From: Dongiaceae bacterium
Lineage (GTDB): Bacteria > Desulfobacterota > Desulfuromonadia > Geobacterales > Pseudopelobacteraceae
Length of the DNA stretch: 63,141 nt
Direction: 5' to 3'
Assembly: GCA_035571735.1 (NCBI GenBank)
Contig: DATNCC010000174.1
Location: 1 to 63,141, forward strand
Positions 9,685 to 18,754 of the stretch are shown here, one piece after another; the first letter of the stretch is position 1; each line of letters starts with the position of its first letter. The notes beneath the pieces are model-generated. The model did no database searches. It saw only the letters and a program-made list of their open reading frames with translations, and was not told the DNA's origin. The position numbers and the translations under genes are program-made.

Positions 9685-10449
9685 CTACGGCAGAAAAACC
9701 AGAAACAGTACTCCGACGACGATCCGGTAGATGCCGAACGGGATGAAGGTATGGCTGGTGATGAATTTGAGGAGCGCCTTGATGCCGATTACGGCGAATA
9801 TGAAGGAGGTTATGAAGCCGATCACGATGTTCTGCCAGTCTCCAAAGACGAAGGCGCTGTGGTTCTTGAAGATATCATAGGCCGTAGCCGCAAGCATGGT
9901 GGGCAGCGCCAGCAGAAAGGAGAACTCGGCCGCATCCCTCCTGCTGATCCCGAGCGCAAGGCCGCCCATGATGGTCGCGCCGGAGCGGGACACGCCAGGG
10001 ACCATGGAAAGACTCTGAATCAAGCCGATGGTAAAGGCCTGGCGGTAGGAGATGTCATAGATACTTGTCACAGTTGCCGGGCGCTCCTTGATCCAGCGTT
10101 CAATGACGATGAAGGCTACCCCTCCCGCGATCAGCATGTAACTGACCAGCGACGGCTGGAAGAAAGACTTGACCAGTTTGTAGAGCAGAAAGCCGAGCGC
10201 ACCGGTGGGGAGGAACGCGAAGCAGAGCTTTTTGAGCAGGTCCGAACGCGAGGCAAGCTGCCTGCGGTAGATGTAGACAACCGCCAGCATGGCACCGGAC
10301 TGAATAGTGACCTCGAACACTTTGTGGGCGTCGGTCTGTTTGAGTTTCATCAGTGCCGAGGCAAGGATGAGGTGCCCGGTGGACGAGATGGGGAGAAACT
10401 CGCTCAACCCCTCCACTACGCCAAGTATGACCGCTTCAATAGGTGTCAT
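9685..10449 (-). CDS. uppP: undecaprenyl-diphosphate phosphatase
   Basis: Motif VVEGLSEFLPISSTGHL and a polytopic membrane profile. Start moved to ATG 10449 (MTPIEAV...). Confidence 0.9.
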   Translation of the reverse strand: MTPIEAVILGVVEGLSEFLPISSTGHLILASALMKLKQTDAHKVFEVTIQSGAMLAVVYIYRRQLASRSDLLKKLCFAFLPTGALGFLLYKLVKSFFQPSLVSYMLIAGGVAFIVIERWIKERPATVTSIYDISYRQAFTIGLIQSLSMVPGVSRSGATIMGGLALGISRRDAAEFSFLLALPTMLAATAYDIFKNHSAFVFGDWQNIVIGFITSFIFAVIGIKALLKFITSHTFIPFGIYRIVVGVLFLVFLP

Positions 10450-10515
10450 GTTACTTCTCCCATGGGTATTCTGCCGAACGCTGATGACTTCCTGCAGCAG
10501 CACTTCTGCGTTACG

Positions 10516-10558
10516 TAAAAAAAAGGGTTAGACATCTCTGCCTAACCCTTGTTTTTTT
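10516..10558 (-). terminator. bidirectional intrinsic terminator downstream of tRNA-Arg
   Basis: A-run, then AGGGTTAG-N10-CTAACCCT, then T-run. Confidence 0.7.
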
Positions 10559-10559
10559 A

Positions 10560-10636
10560 TGGTGCGCCTGGAGCGATTCGAACGCCCGACCTACGGATTC
10601 GTAGTCCGTTGCTCTATCCAGCTGAGCTACAAGCGC
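10560..10636 (-). tRNA. tRNA-Arg (anticodon ACG)
   Basis: Minus strand reads GCGCTTGTAGCTCAGCTGGATAGAGCAACGGACTACGAATCCGTAGGTCGGGCGTTCGAATCGCTCCAGGCGCACCA. It folds by hand into a cloverleaf with anticodon loop CTACGAA and an encoded CCA. Confidence 0.95.
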
Positions 10637-10797
10637 ATTGGAACTAGTCTTATAACGTACCATACGGAATATTTCAACCATTTTTTTACGAATTTCCCGT
10701 TTTACTCACACGCATGCCTGATTTTCTTCTACCCTATCGGTCCATTTTCGGATATTCTAATAAATTCGAACCACGTCATTTAGCATTAAGGTTAAAA

Positions 10798-11115
10798 ATG
10801 GAACACTTTATTCTGGAAATCAGCGAAGCGGAAATCAAACGGGAACGGGAGAAATCGAGGGAACTTCGCAAGAGCCGCTGGTGGAAGAACCGCCTGGCCC
10901 TGGGGCGTTGCCACTATTGTAACGGGAGGTTTGCTCCGGAAGAATTGACCATGGATCACCTGGTCCCTGTGTCGCGCGGCGGCAAGGCATCTCGTAACAA
11001 TGTGGTTCCGGCCTGTAAGGAATGCAACAGCCGCAAGAAATATCTGCTTCCGATCGAGTGGGAAGAATATCTGGACAAGCATGAGAGTCCGGTACCGGAG
11101 TTAACGAGTGCATAA
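10798..11115 (+). CDS. small HNH endonuclease
   Basis: CHYCNGRF...MDHLVPVSRGGKASRNNVVPACKECNSRK, i.e. HNH with two CxxC pairs. 105 aa from ATG 10798. Confidence 0.8.
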   Translation: MEHFILEISEAEIKREREKSRELRKSRWWKNRLALGRCHYCNGRFAPEELTMDHLVPVSRGGKASRNNVVPACKECNSRKKYLLPIEWEEYLDKHESPVPELTSA

Positions 11116-11749
11116 ATTGAAAAGCCGCTATAAAGTCGTCATCTATGACTGTGATGGCGTGATCCTTGACTCAATCGAATCCAATTATGTTTTTTACAAC
11201 CGCGTCATGGAATTTCTGGGGAGAGCGGAGATTGACCGGAATAACGGAGATGCCAAGAGGGTTCTTCACACCTACTCGTTCAATGACGTGATGGAATATT
11301 TTTTTAGCGGAGACCCGCAACGTGAGGAGGCCTTCAGCTTTGCCAAGACCATCCGCTATCGCGATCTTATGCCGTACATGCGGATGGAAGACGGCTTTGT
11401 GGAAGCCCTTGACCGGCTCAAGGGGCATACATCCCTGGCAATCTGCACCAATCGGGCGACATCCATGGATATGATCATCGAGGATTTCGGACTTACCGGC
11501 TATTTCGAATACGTGATGACGGCGGCGCAGGTTACTCACCCGAAGCCCCACCCGGAACCGCTCCTGAAAGTGCTGGATCATTTCGAAGCCAAACCGGAGG
11601 AGGCTCTCTTTATCGGCGATGGCGAGGTAGACATGCAGGCCGCCAGGAGCGCCGGAGTGCCCTTCATCTCCTACAAATCCCATCTGCCGGGTCTGGCCCG
11701 TATCCAGCACCATTCCGAGGTCGTCCGGCATGTGTTTGCATCCCGATAA
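11108..11749 (+). CDS. HAD-superfamily hydrolase (phosphoglycolate phosphatase-like)
   Basis: Motif I VIYDCDGVILDS. Later ICTNR and FIGDGEVDMQAA motifs. Confidence 0.75.
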   Translation: MHKLKSRYKVVIYDCDGVILDSIESNYVFYNRVMEFLGRAEIDRNNGDAKRVLHTYSFNDVMEYFFSGDPQREEAFSFAKTIRYRDLMPYMRMEDGFVEALDRLKGHTSLAICTNRATSMDMIIEDFGLTGYFEYVMTAAQVTHPKPHPEPLLKVLDHFEAKPEEALFIGDGEVDMQAARSAGVPFISYKSHLPGLARIQHHSEVVRHVFASR

Positions 11750-11806
11750 AAAAAACTCCGGGGTTCCATAGCCCCGGAGTTTTTTCCATCCGAACAGCAT
11801 ATCCGA

Positions 11807-12373
11807 TTATCTCACCAGTTTTGACAGCTTCTTGAATTCATCCGTCCCGGCAACCTTCAACAGCTGAAACATGGCGGCCTCCGTACAGGTCGGGGTCGCC
11901 CCGGCAAGGGTCATGGTCTCGATGGCGGTTTGCCAGTTCCTCTTGCTGCGGCTCATGACGGCATCCTTCACGACATGAACGTTCAGGCCCGCATCGCGCA
12001 GCTCGATAACCGTCTGCAGGACACAGACATGAGTTTCCATACCGGTGACTATCACCTGCGTCCGGCCGGTTGACTTGAGAGCATTGACAAATTCGGCGCT
12101 GCCACAACTGCTGAAGGCCATTTTCTCATAGGACGAAGCCGTTGCCGCCTTTTCCTTCAATTCCGGCAGAGTCTCCCCCAGCCCCTTGACGTACTGTTCA
12201 GTCACCAGAACCGGAATCTTCAGTTCGGCAGCGCTCTCCAGCAGGATGCCGATGTTTTTCACAAGCTGCTTCAGCACGGCTTCATCCATCGCAACGCATA
12301 ATTTTTCCTGCACATCGATCACCACCAGCACCGCTTTGTCGCGTTCCAGAAAAAAACTGTCTTTAATTGACAT
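11807..12373 (-). CDS. isochorismatase-family cysteine hydrolase
   Basis: VLVVIDVQEK... and THVCVLQT catalytic-Cys context. Start placed at ATG 12373. Confidence 0.7.
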   Translation of the reverse strand: MSIKDSFFLERDKAVLVVIDVQEKLCVAMDEAVLKQLVKNIGILLESAAELKIPVLVTEQYVKGLGETLPELKEKAATASSYEKMAFSSCGSAEFVNALKSTGRTQVIVTGMETHVCVLQTVIELRDAGLNVHVVKDAVMSRSKRNWQTAIETMTLAGATPTCTEAAMFQLLKVAGTDEFKKLSKLVR

Positions 12374-12478
12374 GGTCGCCGCCTCTTTTCTCGTATTAAA
12401 ATGAATCAAATTGTAACGCAGATGCGAATAATATTCAATGCATCTACACCGTGGTGTAATTAAATATGAAGTAGCGTA

Positions 12479-12507
12479 TTGACAATATTAATGTAATAAA
12501 ATATGGT
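12479..12507 (+). promoter_or_regulatory. sigma70-like promoter for the triheme cytochrome gene
   Basis: TTGACA, 17-nt spacer, TATGGT. About 45 nt upstream of ATG 12551. Confidence 0.5.
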
Positions 12508-12550
12508 CCACAAGAAGCCGGTAACTATATATTCGTAAGGGAGCTAAAGA

Positions 12551-12859
12551 ATGATTCGATCTGTGCTTGTTTTTGTGATGGTACTTGGAATTTCTGGAAT
12601 ATCGATGGCTGCACAGGAAGAAAAAATAGTCACCAGTGGACCTGAAATCATTATACACAAAATGGATGGTAAGCCGCTTGAGTTAAAACACTGGGAACAT
12701 CAGAAGAGAATGAAAAAGGGTGGGTGTACCAATTGCCACCGAGGGGAAATCGGCAAGATCGAAGGGTGGAATAAGGAATTTGCCCACATGGTATGCATCC
12801 CGTGTCATGACCTTAATGACAAGGGTCCTGTCAATTGTAAAGAATGCCACAAAAAATAA
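12551..12859 (+). CDS. periplasmic triheme cytochrome c (c7/c3 family, PpcA-like size)
   Basis: Signal peptide, then three CxxCH motifs (CTNCH, CIPCH, CKECH) in an ~80 aa mature protein. Confidence 0.8.
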   Translation: MIRSVLVFVMVLGISGISMAAQEEKIVTSGPEIIIHKMDGKPLELKHWEHQKRMKKGGCTNCHRGEIGKIEGWNKEFAHMVCIPCHDLNDKGPVNCKECHKK

Positions 12860-12918
12860 ATAATCGCTGAATTCGAGTAAAAATTAAATTATTTATCTGT
12901 GGTATTGCTGATAAATTC

Positions 12919-12945
12919 AGGCCGCTTTAGCGGCCTTTATTATTT
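12919..12945 (+). terminator. intrinsic terminator
   Basis: AGGCCGC-ttta-GCGGCCT followed by TTATTATTT. Confidence 0.7.
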
Positions 12946-13069
12946 GGATATGGCAAGAACCGCTATTCACGGGAAATGGTACCCTGAGATTATTCGGGAA
13001 TGAATTATTGTTGTCTGTAAAGGAGTACCATGCTACATCAGGTCACCATTTTACACCCGGAGGTTATCC

Positions 13070-13645
13070 ATGAAAGTTACCGCATTTAACGGCAGTCCAC
13101 GCAAGGATGGCAACACCTCGCTGCTGATCGGGCATGCCCTGGACGCCCTCAACAAGGAGGGGATCACTACCGAACTGGTCCAGGTAGGAGGCGAAAAACT
13201 GCACGGCTGCATCGCCTGTTATCAATGTTTCGCGCGCAAGGACAAGCGCTGTGCCGTGACGGACGACATCGCCAACAGCTGTGTTGAGAAGATGCTCGGG
13301 TCCGACGGCATCATCATCGGCTCACCGACCTATTTTGCCGCGCTCACCCCCGAGACCAAGGCGCTGATCGACCGGTGCGGCATGGTATCACGTGCAAACG
13401 GCGACATGTTCAAACGCAAGGCGGGTGCAGCCGTTGTGGCGGTACGGCGGGCCGGGGCGATCAATGTCTTTGACACCATCAACCACTTTTTCAGCATCGG
13501 CCAGATGATCATCCCCGCCTCAAACTACTGGAACATCGGTGTCGGCCGGAACATCGGCGACGTAGCTCAGGATGAAGAGGGAATCAACACCATGAGGGTA
13601 CTGGGAGAAAACATGGCGTGGCTGTTAAAGAGGATTGCCGGATAA
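13070..13645 (+). CDS. flavodoxin-like fold FMN reductase / iron-sulfur flavoprotein-like protein
   Basis: MKVTAFNGSPRKDGNTSLL N-terminus and a CIACYQC...C cysteine cluster. GGAGG RBS. Confidence 0.65.
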   Translation: MKVTAFNGSPRKDGNTSLLIGHALDALNKEGITTELVQVGGEKLHGCIACYQCFARKDKRCAVTDDIANSCVEKMLGSDGIIIGSPTYFAALTPETKALIDRCGMVSRANGDMFKRKAGAAVVAVRRAGAINVFDTINHFFSIGQMIIPASNYWNIGVGRNIGDVAQDEEGINTMRVLGENMAWLLKRIAG

Positions 13646-13696
13646 ACGAGGTGGTGCAGGACGCTCCTCCCGGAGCGCCCTGACAGTGAATGTACA

Positions 13697-14212
13697 CTAC
13701 AGCAGCGCCTTCGCAGCCGCAATTGCCGCAGCATAATCCGGCTCGGCTGTGACTTCCGGAACGATCTGGATGTAGCGGATGATGTTGGCTGCATCGACGA
13801 CGAAAACGGCGCGGGTCAAGAGCAGCAGCTCCTTGATCAATACCCCGTATCCGAGTCCGAAGGAGCGTTCGCGGTAATCGGAAAGGGTGATCACCCTGTC
13901 GATCCCGGCAGCTCCGCACCACCGCTTCTGGGCAAAGGGGAGATCGAGACTGACCGTCAACACCACGACATCACCCGGCAACGAAGCGGCTTCCTGGTTG
14001 AAACGGCGTGTCTCTGTGTCGCAGACCGGAGTATCCAGGGATGGTACCGCACTGATGATCTTGATTTTGCCGGCGCAACCGGAGAGCGTCACGGCGGAGA
14101 GGCCGTTGTCAACCACGGCAAAGTCCGGAGCGGCGTCACCCACCTTGAGCTCGGGTCCAAGCAGGGTCATCGGGTTTCCTTTAAACGTAATTATTCCTCT
14201 TTTTTCACTCAT
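13697..14212 (-). CDS. tpx: thiol peroxidase
   Basis: AVPSLDTPVCDTETRRFN peroxidatic-Cys motif; 171 aa. Confidence 0.9.
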   Translation of the reverse strand: MSEKRGIITFKGNPMTLLGPELKVGDAAPDFAVVDNGLSAVTLSGCAGKIKIISAVPSLDTPVCDTETRRFNQEAASLPGDVVVLTVSLDLPFAQKRWCGAAGIDRVITLSDYRERSFGLGYGVLIKELLLLTRAVFVVDAANIIRYIQIVPEVTAEPDYAAAIAAAKALL

Positions 14213-14906
14213 GATCTACCTCCTCATCAAGTTCTACCATTTCAGGTAGTCTGCAGAATTCTTCACCGGGAGCACTATCGCATTCGAGAAGATGCAGTAA
14301 CTGCATCACCAGTCGATAGGTAATCCCCCATAGCAGCGGCTTGTTATCAACGGGAAGCCGGATCGCCGGGACATCGTACCGCTTGTCATCAAAGGCAACC
14401 TGACTCTGCAGATGCCGACCCCGGTCACGCAGTTCGGAAAGCGTGATCCAGAACAGATCCCGCACCTCCTCGTTCAAAACCGGGCGGAAGTTCATCCGGT
14501 CAATTCCGAACAGGCAGCAGGAAACCTTTACGGGCAGATTGGCTCCGACGATGTCGGAAAGTCGCCCCAGATAACGTCCCTGCTCCAGATCAATTCCGAT
14601 CTCTTCAAGCGTTTCCCGGCAAGCCGCCTGGCATTCGAACTCACCCTCTTCCAGTTTGCCGCCCGGAAATGCTATATGTCCCGACCAGGGATCAAGATCG
14701 TGAGAGGCACGCTCAATAAACAGAATCTCGACATCATGGGGGGTCTGATGCAGTATCATGGCGACCGCGGCACGGGTACGGTCAACGGAATCCGGCACGG
14801 AATCCCCCCCCCGCGTGGCAAGCAGTTCGGCGATTCGATTAAACGCACAGTCATGCTGTGCTGATAAGCCTCTCATAATTCCGGTTTTTCCTGTATGGAT
14901 TATCAT
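14205..14906 (-). CDS. NUDIX hydrolase (CoA pyrophosphatase-like)
   Basis: Nudix box GGKLEEGEFECQAACRETLEEIGI. Overlaps the tpx start by 8 nt. Confidence 0.8.
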   Translation of the reverse strand: MIIHTGKTGIMRGLSAQHDCAFNRIAELLATRGGDSVPDSVDRTRAAVAMILHQTPHDVEILFIERASHDLDPWSGHIAFPGGKLEEGEFECQAACRETLEEIGIDLEQGRYLGRLSDIVGANLPVKVSCCLFGIDRMNFRPVLNEEVRDLFWITLSELRDRGRHLQSQVAFDDKRYDVPAIRLPVDNKPLLWGITYRLVMQLLHLLECDSAPGEEFCRLPEMVELDEEVDHE

Positions 14907-14962
14907 ATAAACTTACCGTATCATTTAGTACCGTCAAGCAAAATTATATCAGGATACGCCCT

Positions 14963-15988
14963 ATGCCACAACAGCTGCCGCCTGCCACGCCACAGGTCTC
15001 AATTCTAATGCCGGTTCGCAACGAGGAGTCCTTCCTGCCGGCTACGCTGAACTCACTCTACCGCCAGACTCTTGCAGACTGGGAACTGATCGCGGTTGAT
15101 GACGGATCAAGCGACGGGACTCCACGTATTCTCGCCGCAGCGGCCGGGCACGACGTTCGCGTACGGGTCATCAGGCGCGAGGGGGGCGGCCTGGTGGCGG
15201 CGCTCAATGCCGGCCTTGAAGCGTGCCGGGCGCCGTTACTGGCCCGTCTGGATGGCGATGACATCTGCCATCCCCGGCGTCTTGAGCTGCAGGCAGCGTA
15301 TCTGGAGGCGCATCCCGCTATTGGGCTGGTTGCCTGCAACTTCCGCCATTTCCCGCGAACCGGCCTCAAACAGGGCATGATTGACTATGAGTCATGGCAG
15401 AACAGCCTGACCAGGCATCCTGCCATCATCCGGGACCTGTTTGTCGAATCGCCCTTTGTCCACCCCTCCATCATGACGCGGAGAATAATTATGGAAGGGC
15501 TCGGGGGGTACCATGGCAGCGGGTGGCCGGAGGATTATGACCTCTGGCTGCGCATGGCGGCGGCCGGGGTACAGTTTGCCCGACTGCCGCACACACTCCT
15601 GTTCTGGCGTGACCACCCCGAACGTGCCACCCGCACGATGGATGAATACGCCCTGCATGCCTTCCGCGCCTGCAAATGCCACCATCTGCTGAACAGTTTT
15701 CTACAGGACAGTCCCGACGTAGTTATTGCCGGAGCCGGCCTGGAAGCACGGGCATGGCAGCGCTTGCTGACCGCCGCAAAAGTGACGGTTTCCACCTGGC
15801 TGGATGTCGATCCGCGGAAGATCGGACGTATTCTGCACAATGCGCCGGTACTTTCCCCCGACGAGCTTCATCTGAATGGGCGAAAAATGATCGTTGCCAT
15901 CGGCGTGCGCGGTGCGCGCGAGCAGTTCCGGAGCGTGGCCCGCAGGCGCGGGTGGCAGGAAGGCATGGACTTTGTGTGCGTCGCGTGA
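14963..15988 (+). CDS. family 2 glycosyltransferase with C-terminal extension
   Basis: VSILMPVRNEE, AVDDGSSDGT and RLDGDD motifs. Confidence 0.8.
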   Translation: MPQQLPPATPQVSILMPVRNEESFLPATLNSLYRQTLADWELIAVDDGSSDGTPRILAAAAGHDVRVRVIRREGGGLVAALNAGLEACRAPLLARLDGDDICHPRRLELQAAYLEAHPAIGLVACNFRHFPRTGLKQGMIDYESWQNSLTRHPAIIRDLFVESPFVHPSIMTRRIIMEGLGGYHGSGWPEDYDLWLRMAAAGVQFARLPHTLLFWRDHPERATRTMDEYALHAFRACKCHHLLNSFLQDSPDVVIAGAGLEARAWQRLLTAAKVTVSTWLDVDPRKIGRILHNAPVLSPDELHLNGRKMIVAIGVRGAREQFRSVARRRGWQEGMDFVCVA

Positions 15989-16046
15989 TAAAAACCGGGG
16001 AGCCCGAAGAGGCTTAAAGTTGGTTGAAGACATAAAGTAGAAGGAG

Positions 16047-16355
16047 TTGCAGATGTTACCAAGCAAAGAAGAAATGGCACTTACGATCGATGAGGCCGAC
16101 TGGAGCTCCCTGCGAGCCCATCTGCATCGCGGCGGACTGATCCTGGTCGATGACTCCCTCGATCTGGCCGACACCGCCCATATGGTCGCAGCCGATGACG
16201 TCGAAAGCATCCAGCATCTGGTCGAAAATGGCATGATCGGCAAACCATCGGATTCAAAGATCCGCTCCTGGGAAGAAGACCTGCATAAAAAGTTTGCCAT
16301 GCTGATTGTCAGCCCCTATGTCCTGATTCAGGAAAAGATGCCGACATTTCATTGA
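16047..16355 (+). CDS. DUF2288-like small protein
   Basis: 102 aa. The pattern W..L..H...G.LILVD..LDL...A..VA.DD resembles DUF2288; recognition only. Confidence 0.45.
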   Translation: MQMLPSKEEMALTIDEADWSSLRAHLHRGGLILVDDSLDLADTAHMVAADDVESIQHLVENGMIGKPSDSKIRSWEEDLHKKFAMLIVSPYVLIQEKMPTFH

Positions 16356-16374
16356 GACAAAACGAGGTGCAAGA

Positions 16375-17034
16375 GTGGAAATGAAACTTGGCGACAATGA
16401 AGTCCGGGTTCTGGGCAGCCTGATGGAAAAGGAGCTTACCACACCGGAGTATTACCCGCTGTCACTCAATTCTCTCACCAACGCCTGCAACCAGAAGTCG
16501 AACCGTGATCCGGTAATGGCTCTGACGGAGGAGGAGGTTGTAAAGGCCCTTGATTCACTCCGCTTCAAGCAACTGGTGGTGCTTTCGGCGGATGGCGGCA
16601 GAGTCCCGAAGTACCGCCATCTGCTTGCGGAAAAACTGGGATTGATGCCGGCAGAGCTGGCGATCATCTGCGAACTGCTGGTGCGCGGCCCCCAGACTGT
16701 CGGCGAATTGCGCACACGGGGAGAGCGAATGCACCCGTTCGGCGACCTGGCGGCCGTGGAAGAGGTGCTGCAGGAACTGATGGAGCGCGAAACGCCGCTG
16801 ATTGCCCTGTTGCCCCGCCAGCCGGGGAGGAAGGAGGGGCGCTATGCCCAGCTTTTTTCCGGAATGCCGGATACGTCGGCCGAGGAGCGCGAAGCCGCGC
16901 CGGAAGCGGCACGGGTGCGGGTAATGGTGGAGAATGAGCGGATTTCAAAGCTTGAGGAAGAGGTTGCCGCCATGAGGAGTGAAGTGGCCGCCCTGCAGCA
17001 GCAGATGGCGGAGTTCAAGGCGCAGTTTGAATAG
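16375..17034 (+). CDS. yceH: YceH/DUF480 family protein
   Basis: N-terminus ...NEVRVLGSLMEKELTTPEYYPLSLNSLTNACNQKSNRDPVM is characteristic of the family. The start could instead be ATG 16381. Confidence 0.8.
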   Translation: MEMKLGDNEVRVLGSLMEKELTTPEYYPLSLNSLTNACNQKSNRDPVMALTEEEVVKALDSLRFKQLVVLSADGGRVPKYRHLLAEKLGLMPAELAIICELLVRGPQTVGELRTRGERMHPFGDLAAVEEVLQELMERETPLIALLPRQPGRKEGRYAQLFSGMPDTSAEEREAAPEAARVRVMVENERISKLEEEVAAMRSEVAALQQQMAEFKAQFE

Positions 17035-18664
17035 CATCATTCTCCGGCCAGAAGCGCCGCTGCAGCTCGGCCATCAGCGGCCCCAGGCTCTTCCGGTCGC
17101 GGGACGACACCGTGACGCTGTTCTGGGTTCTGGCCGACTGACGGACGCGTAGAAACGCGACCTTGTCCTTCTTTTTCATCTCATCCAGCAGGTCGGCCTT
17201 GTTGAACACCAGCAGCTCCTGCTTGTCCCCCAGCTCCAGCTCCGCCAGAATGGTCCGCACCTGATTTATCTGATCCTCAAAACGGGGATGTGACGCGTCC
17301 ACCACATGCAGCAGCAGGTCGGCGTCGCGCATCTCTTCCAGTGTCGCCTTGAAAGCCCCCAGCAGAGACTTCGGGAGGGAACGGATAAAGCCGACCGTGT
17401 CGGTGATGATCACCTCGCGCTCGCGCGGAAAACGGAGACGCCTGGTGGAGGTATCGAGCGTGGCAAAAAGGAGGTCTTCGGTAAAGACGTCACTATTGGT
17501 CAGGGCATTCAGCAGGGTCGATTTACCGGCATTGGTATAGCCGACGATCGATATGATCGGCACCCCGGCCTTGACCCGCTGCTTGCGCCGCTGGTCGCGT
17601 CCCTGGGAAAGTTCCTTGAGTTCCCGCTCCAGGCTGGCGATCCGGTCGCGGATACGGCGCCGGTCGGTCTCCAGCTTGGTTTCGCCCGGCCCCCGTCCGC
17701 CGATCCCCCCCATCAGGCGCGACATCTGCACTCCGCGGCCGGTCAGGCGGGGCAGGAGATACTTGAGCTGGGCAAGCTCGACCTGCACCTTGCCGTCCAG
17801 CGTTTTTGCCCGCCGGGCGAAGATATCGAGGATCAGCTGGCTGCGGTCGATAACCTTCAGTTCCGTCATAGCGGAAATCGAGCGCATCTGGGCCGGAGTC
17901 AGCTCCTGATCGAATATCAGCATGCTGGCGCCACGCTGCATCGCCCTGATGACCACGTCACGCATCATCCCCTCCCCCATCAGAAACCGGGGGTTGAGTT
18001 TTTTCGGCCGCTGGATGAATTCATCCAGTGCTTCCACCTGGGCGGTGCGCGACAGTTCACGCAGTTCCGCCATCGAATCTTCAGCTTCCTGGCGGGTTCC
18101 GGAGGTAGTTACGGAGATCAGAATCGCCCGCTCGAGAACATTCGCGGCTTTCGTTACAGTGCGGGCCGCCTTTTCCAGATCGGCTTCCAGCTCCGGGATT
18201 ACGTGGCTGCAGTCGAGGTCGATCCGTTCAAACGGGACAAGGGGATCGAGTGTCGTTCCGGCTCCCCTTTGATCGGGCGAGAGCCACGCCAGCTGGACAT
18301 GAATAGCGGTTTTGCCGGGGGTAAAAAGGAGGGCGGCCAGCAGATCAAGCCGCAACAGGGAAAGATCGGTCAAATCGTCTTCTGAGACCGGTTCGTTTTT
18401 CAGGTGTGTGTGGACCAGGCGCAGGCCGCGCATGACCTTTTTACCGAGCGGATAATCGCGCAGTTCCGGGATTACCACCCCTTTTTCATCGCCGACAATG
18501 ACGTATTCAACATTGCCGGTGCGGTTGATCAGGATGCCGATCTGGCGGCGGAGATCGCCGGAGAGTTCAACGAGGCGGGTGGCCAGATCATGGGAGCAAA
18601 ACTCGGCAACAGGAACCCGCCTGCGATACAGGCGTTCCAGAGACTGAAGCTGGCTTGATTTCAA
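17015..18664 (-). CDS. hflX: GTPase HflX
   Basis: HflX N-domain followed by a G domain with GYTNAGKSTLLNALT and DTVGFI. Confidence 0.9.
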   Translation of the reverse strand: MKSSQLQSLERLYRRRVPVAEFCSHDLATRLVELSGDLRRQIGILINRTGNVEYVIVGDEKGVVIPELRDYPLGKKVMRGLRLVHTHLKNEPVSEDDLTDLSLLRLDLLAALLFTPGKTAIHVQLAWLSPDQRGAGTTLDPLVPFERIDLDCSHVIPELEADLEKAARTVTKAANVLERAILISVTTSGTRQEAEDSMAELRELSRTAQVEALDEFIQRPKKLNPRFLMGEGMMRDVVIRAMQRGASMLIFDQELTPAQMRSISAMTELKVIDRSQLILDIFARRAKTLDGKVQVELAQLKYLLPRLTGRGVQMSRLMGGIGGRGPGETKLETDRRRIRDRIASLERELKELSQGRDQRRKQRVKAGVPIISIVGYTNAGKSTLLNALTNSDVFTEDLLFATLDTSTRRLRFPREREVIITDTVGFIRSLPKSLLGAFKATLEEMRDADLLLHVVDASHPRFEDQINQVRTILAELELGDKQELLVFNKADLLDEMKKKDKVAFLRVRQSARTQNSVTVSSRDRKSLGPLMAELQRRFWPENDAIQTAP

Positions 18665-18754
18665 GCCTGCAAGATTGCCGAATACTTCTTTAATGGGATT
18701 ACTCCGTAACTTGGGAGTTATAGGTTATGGTCAAAATTGAGCTCAGGTATTTAG

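Noticed and set aside
10559-10783. 74-aa plus-strand ORF
   Set aside because: It overlaps the complement of tRNA-Arg and the AT-rich spacer, with no RBS.
10637-10797. Possible tRNA-Arg-linked integration scar (attL/attR) around the HNH gene
   Set aside because: The only tRNA-like repeat I found is an 8-nt TTCGAACC match on the 5' side of the tRNA. No integrase is present, and no repeat of the tRNA 3' end.
13030-13089. 19-codon upstream ORF overlapping the flavoprotein start
   Set aside because: It is very short and has no conservation evidence available. The AAAGGAG upstream could be fortuitous, and the downstream gene has its own GGAGG.
17306-18385. 359-aa plus-strand ORF inside hflX; similar cases at 21735..22589 and 48639..49544
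   Set aside because: These are shadow frames opposite well-supported genes (HflX G-domain motifs, a lipoprotein with lipobox, the GGDEF sensor). None has independent start signals.
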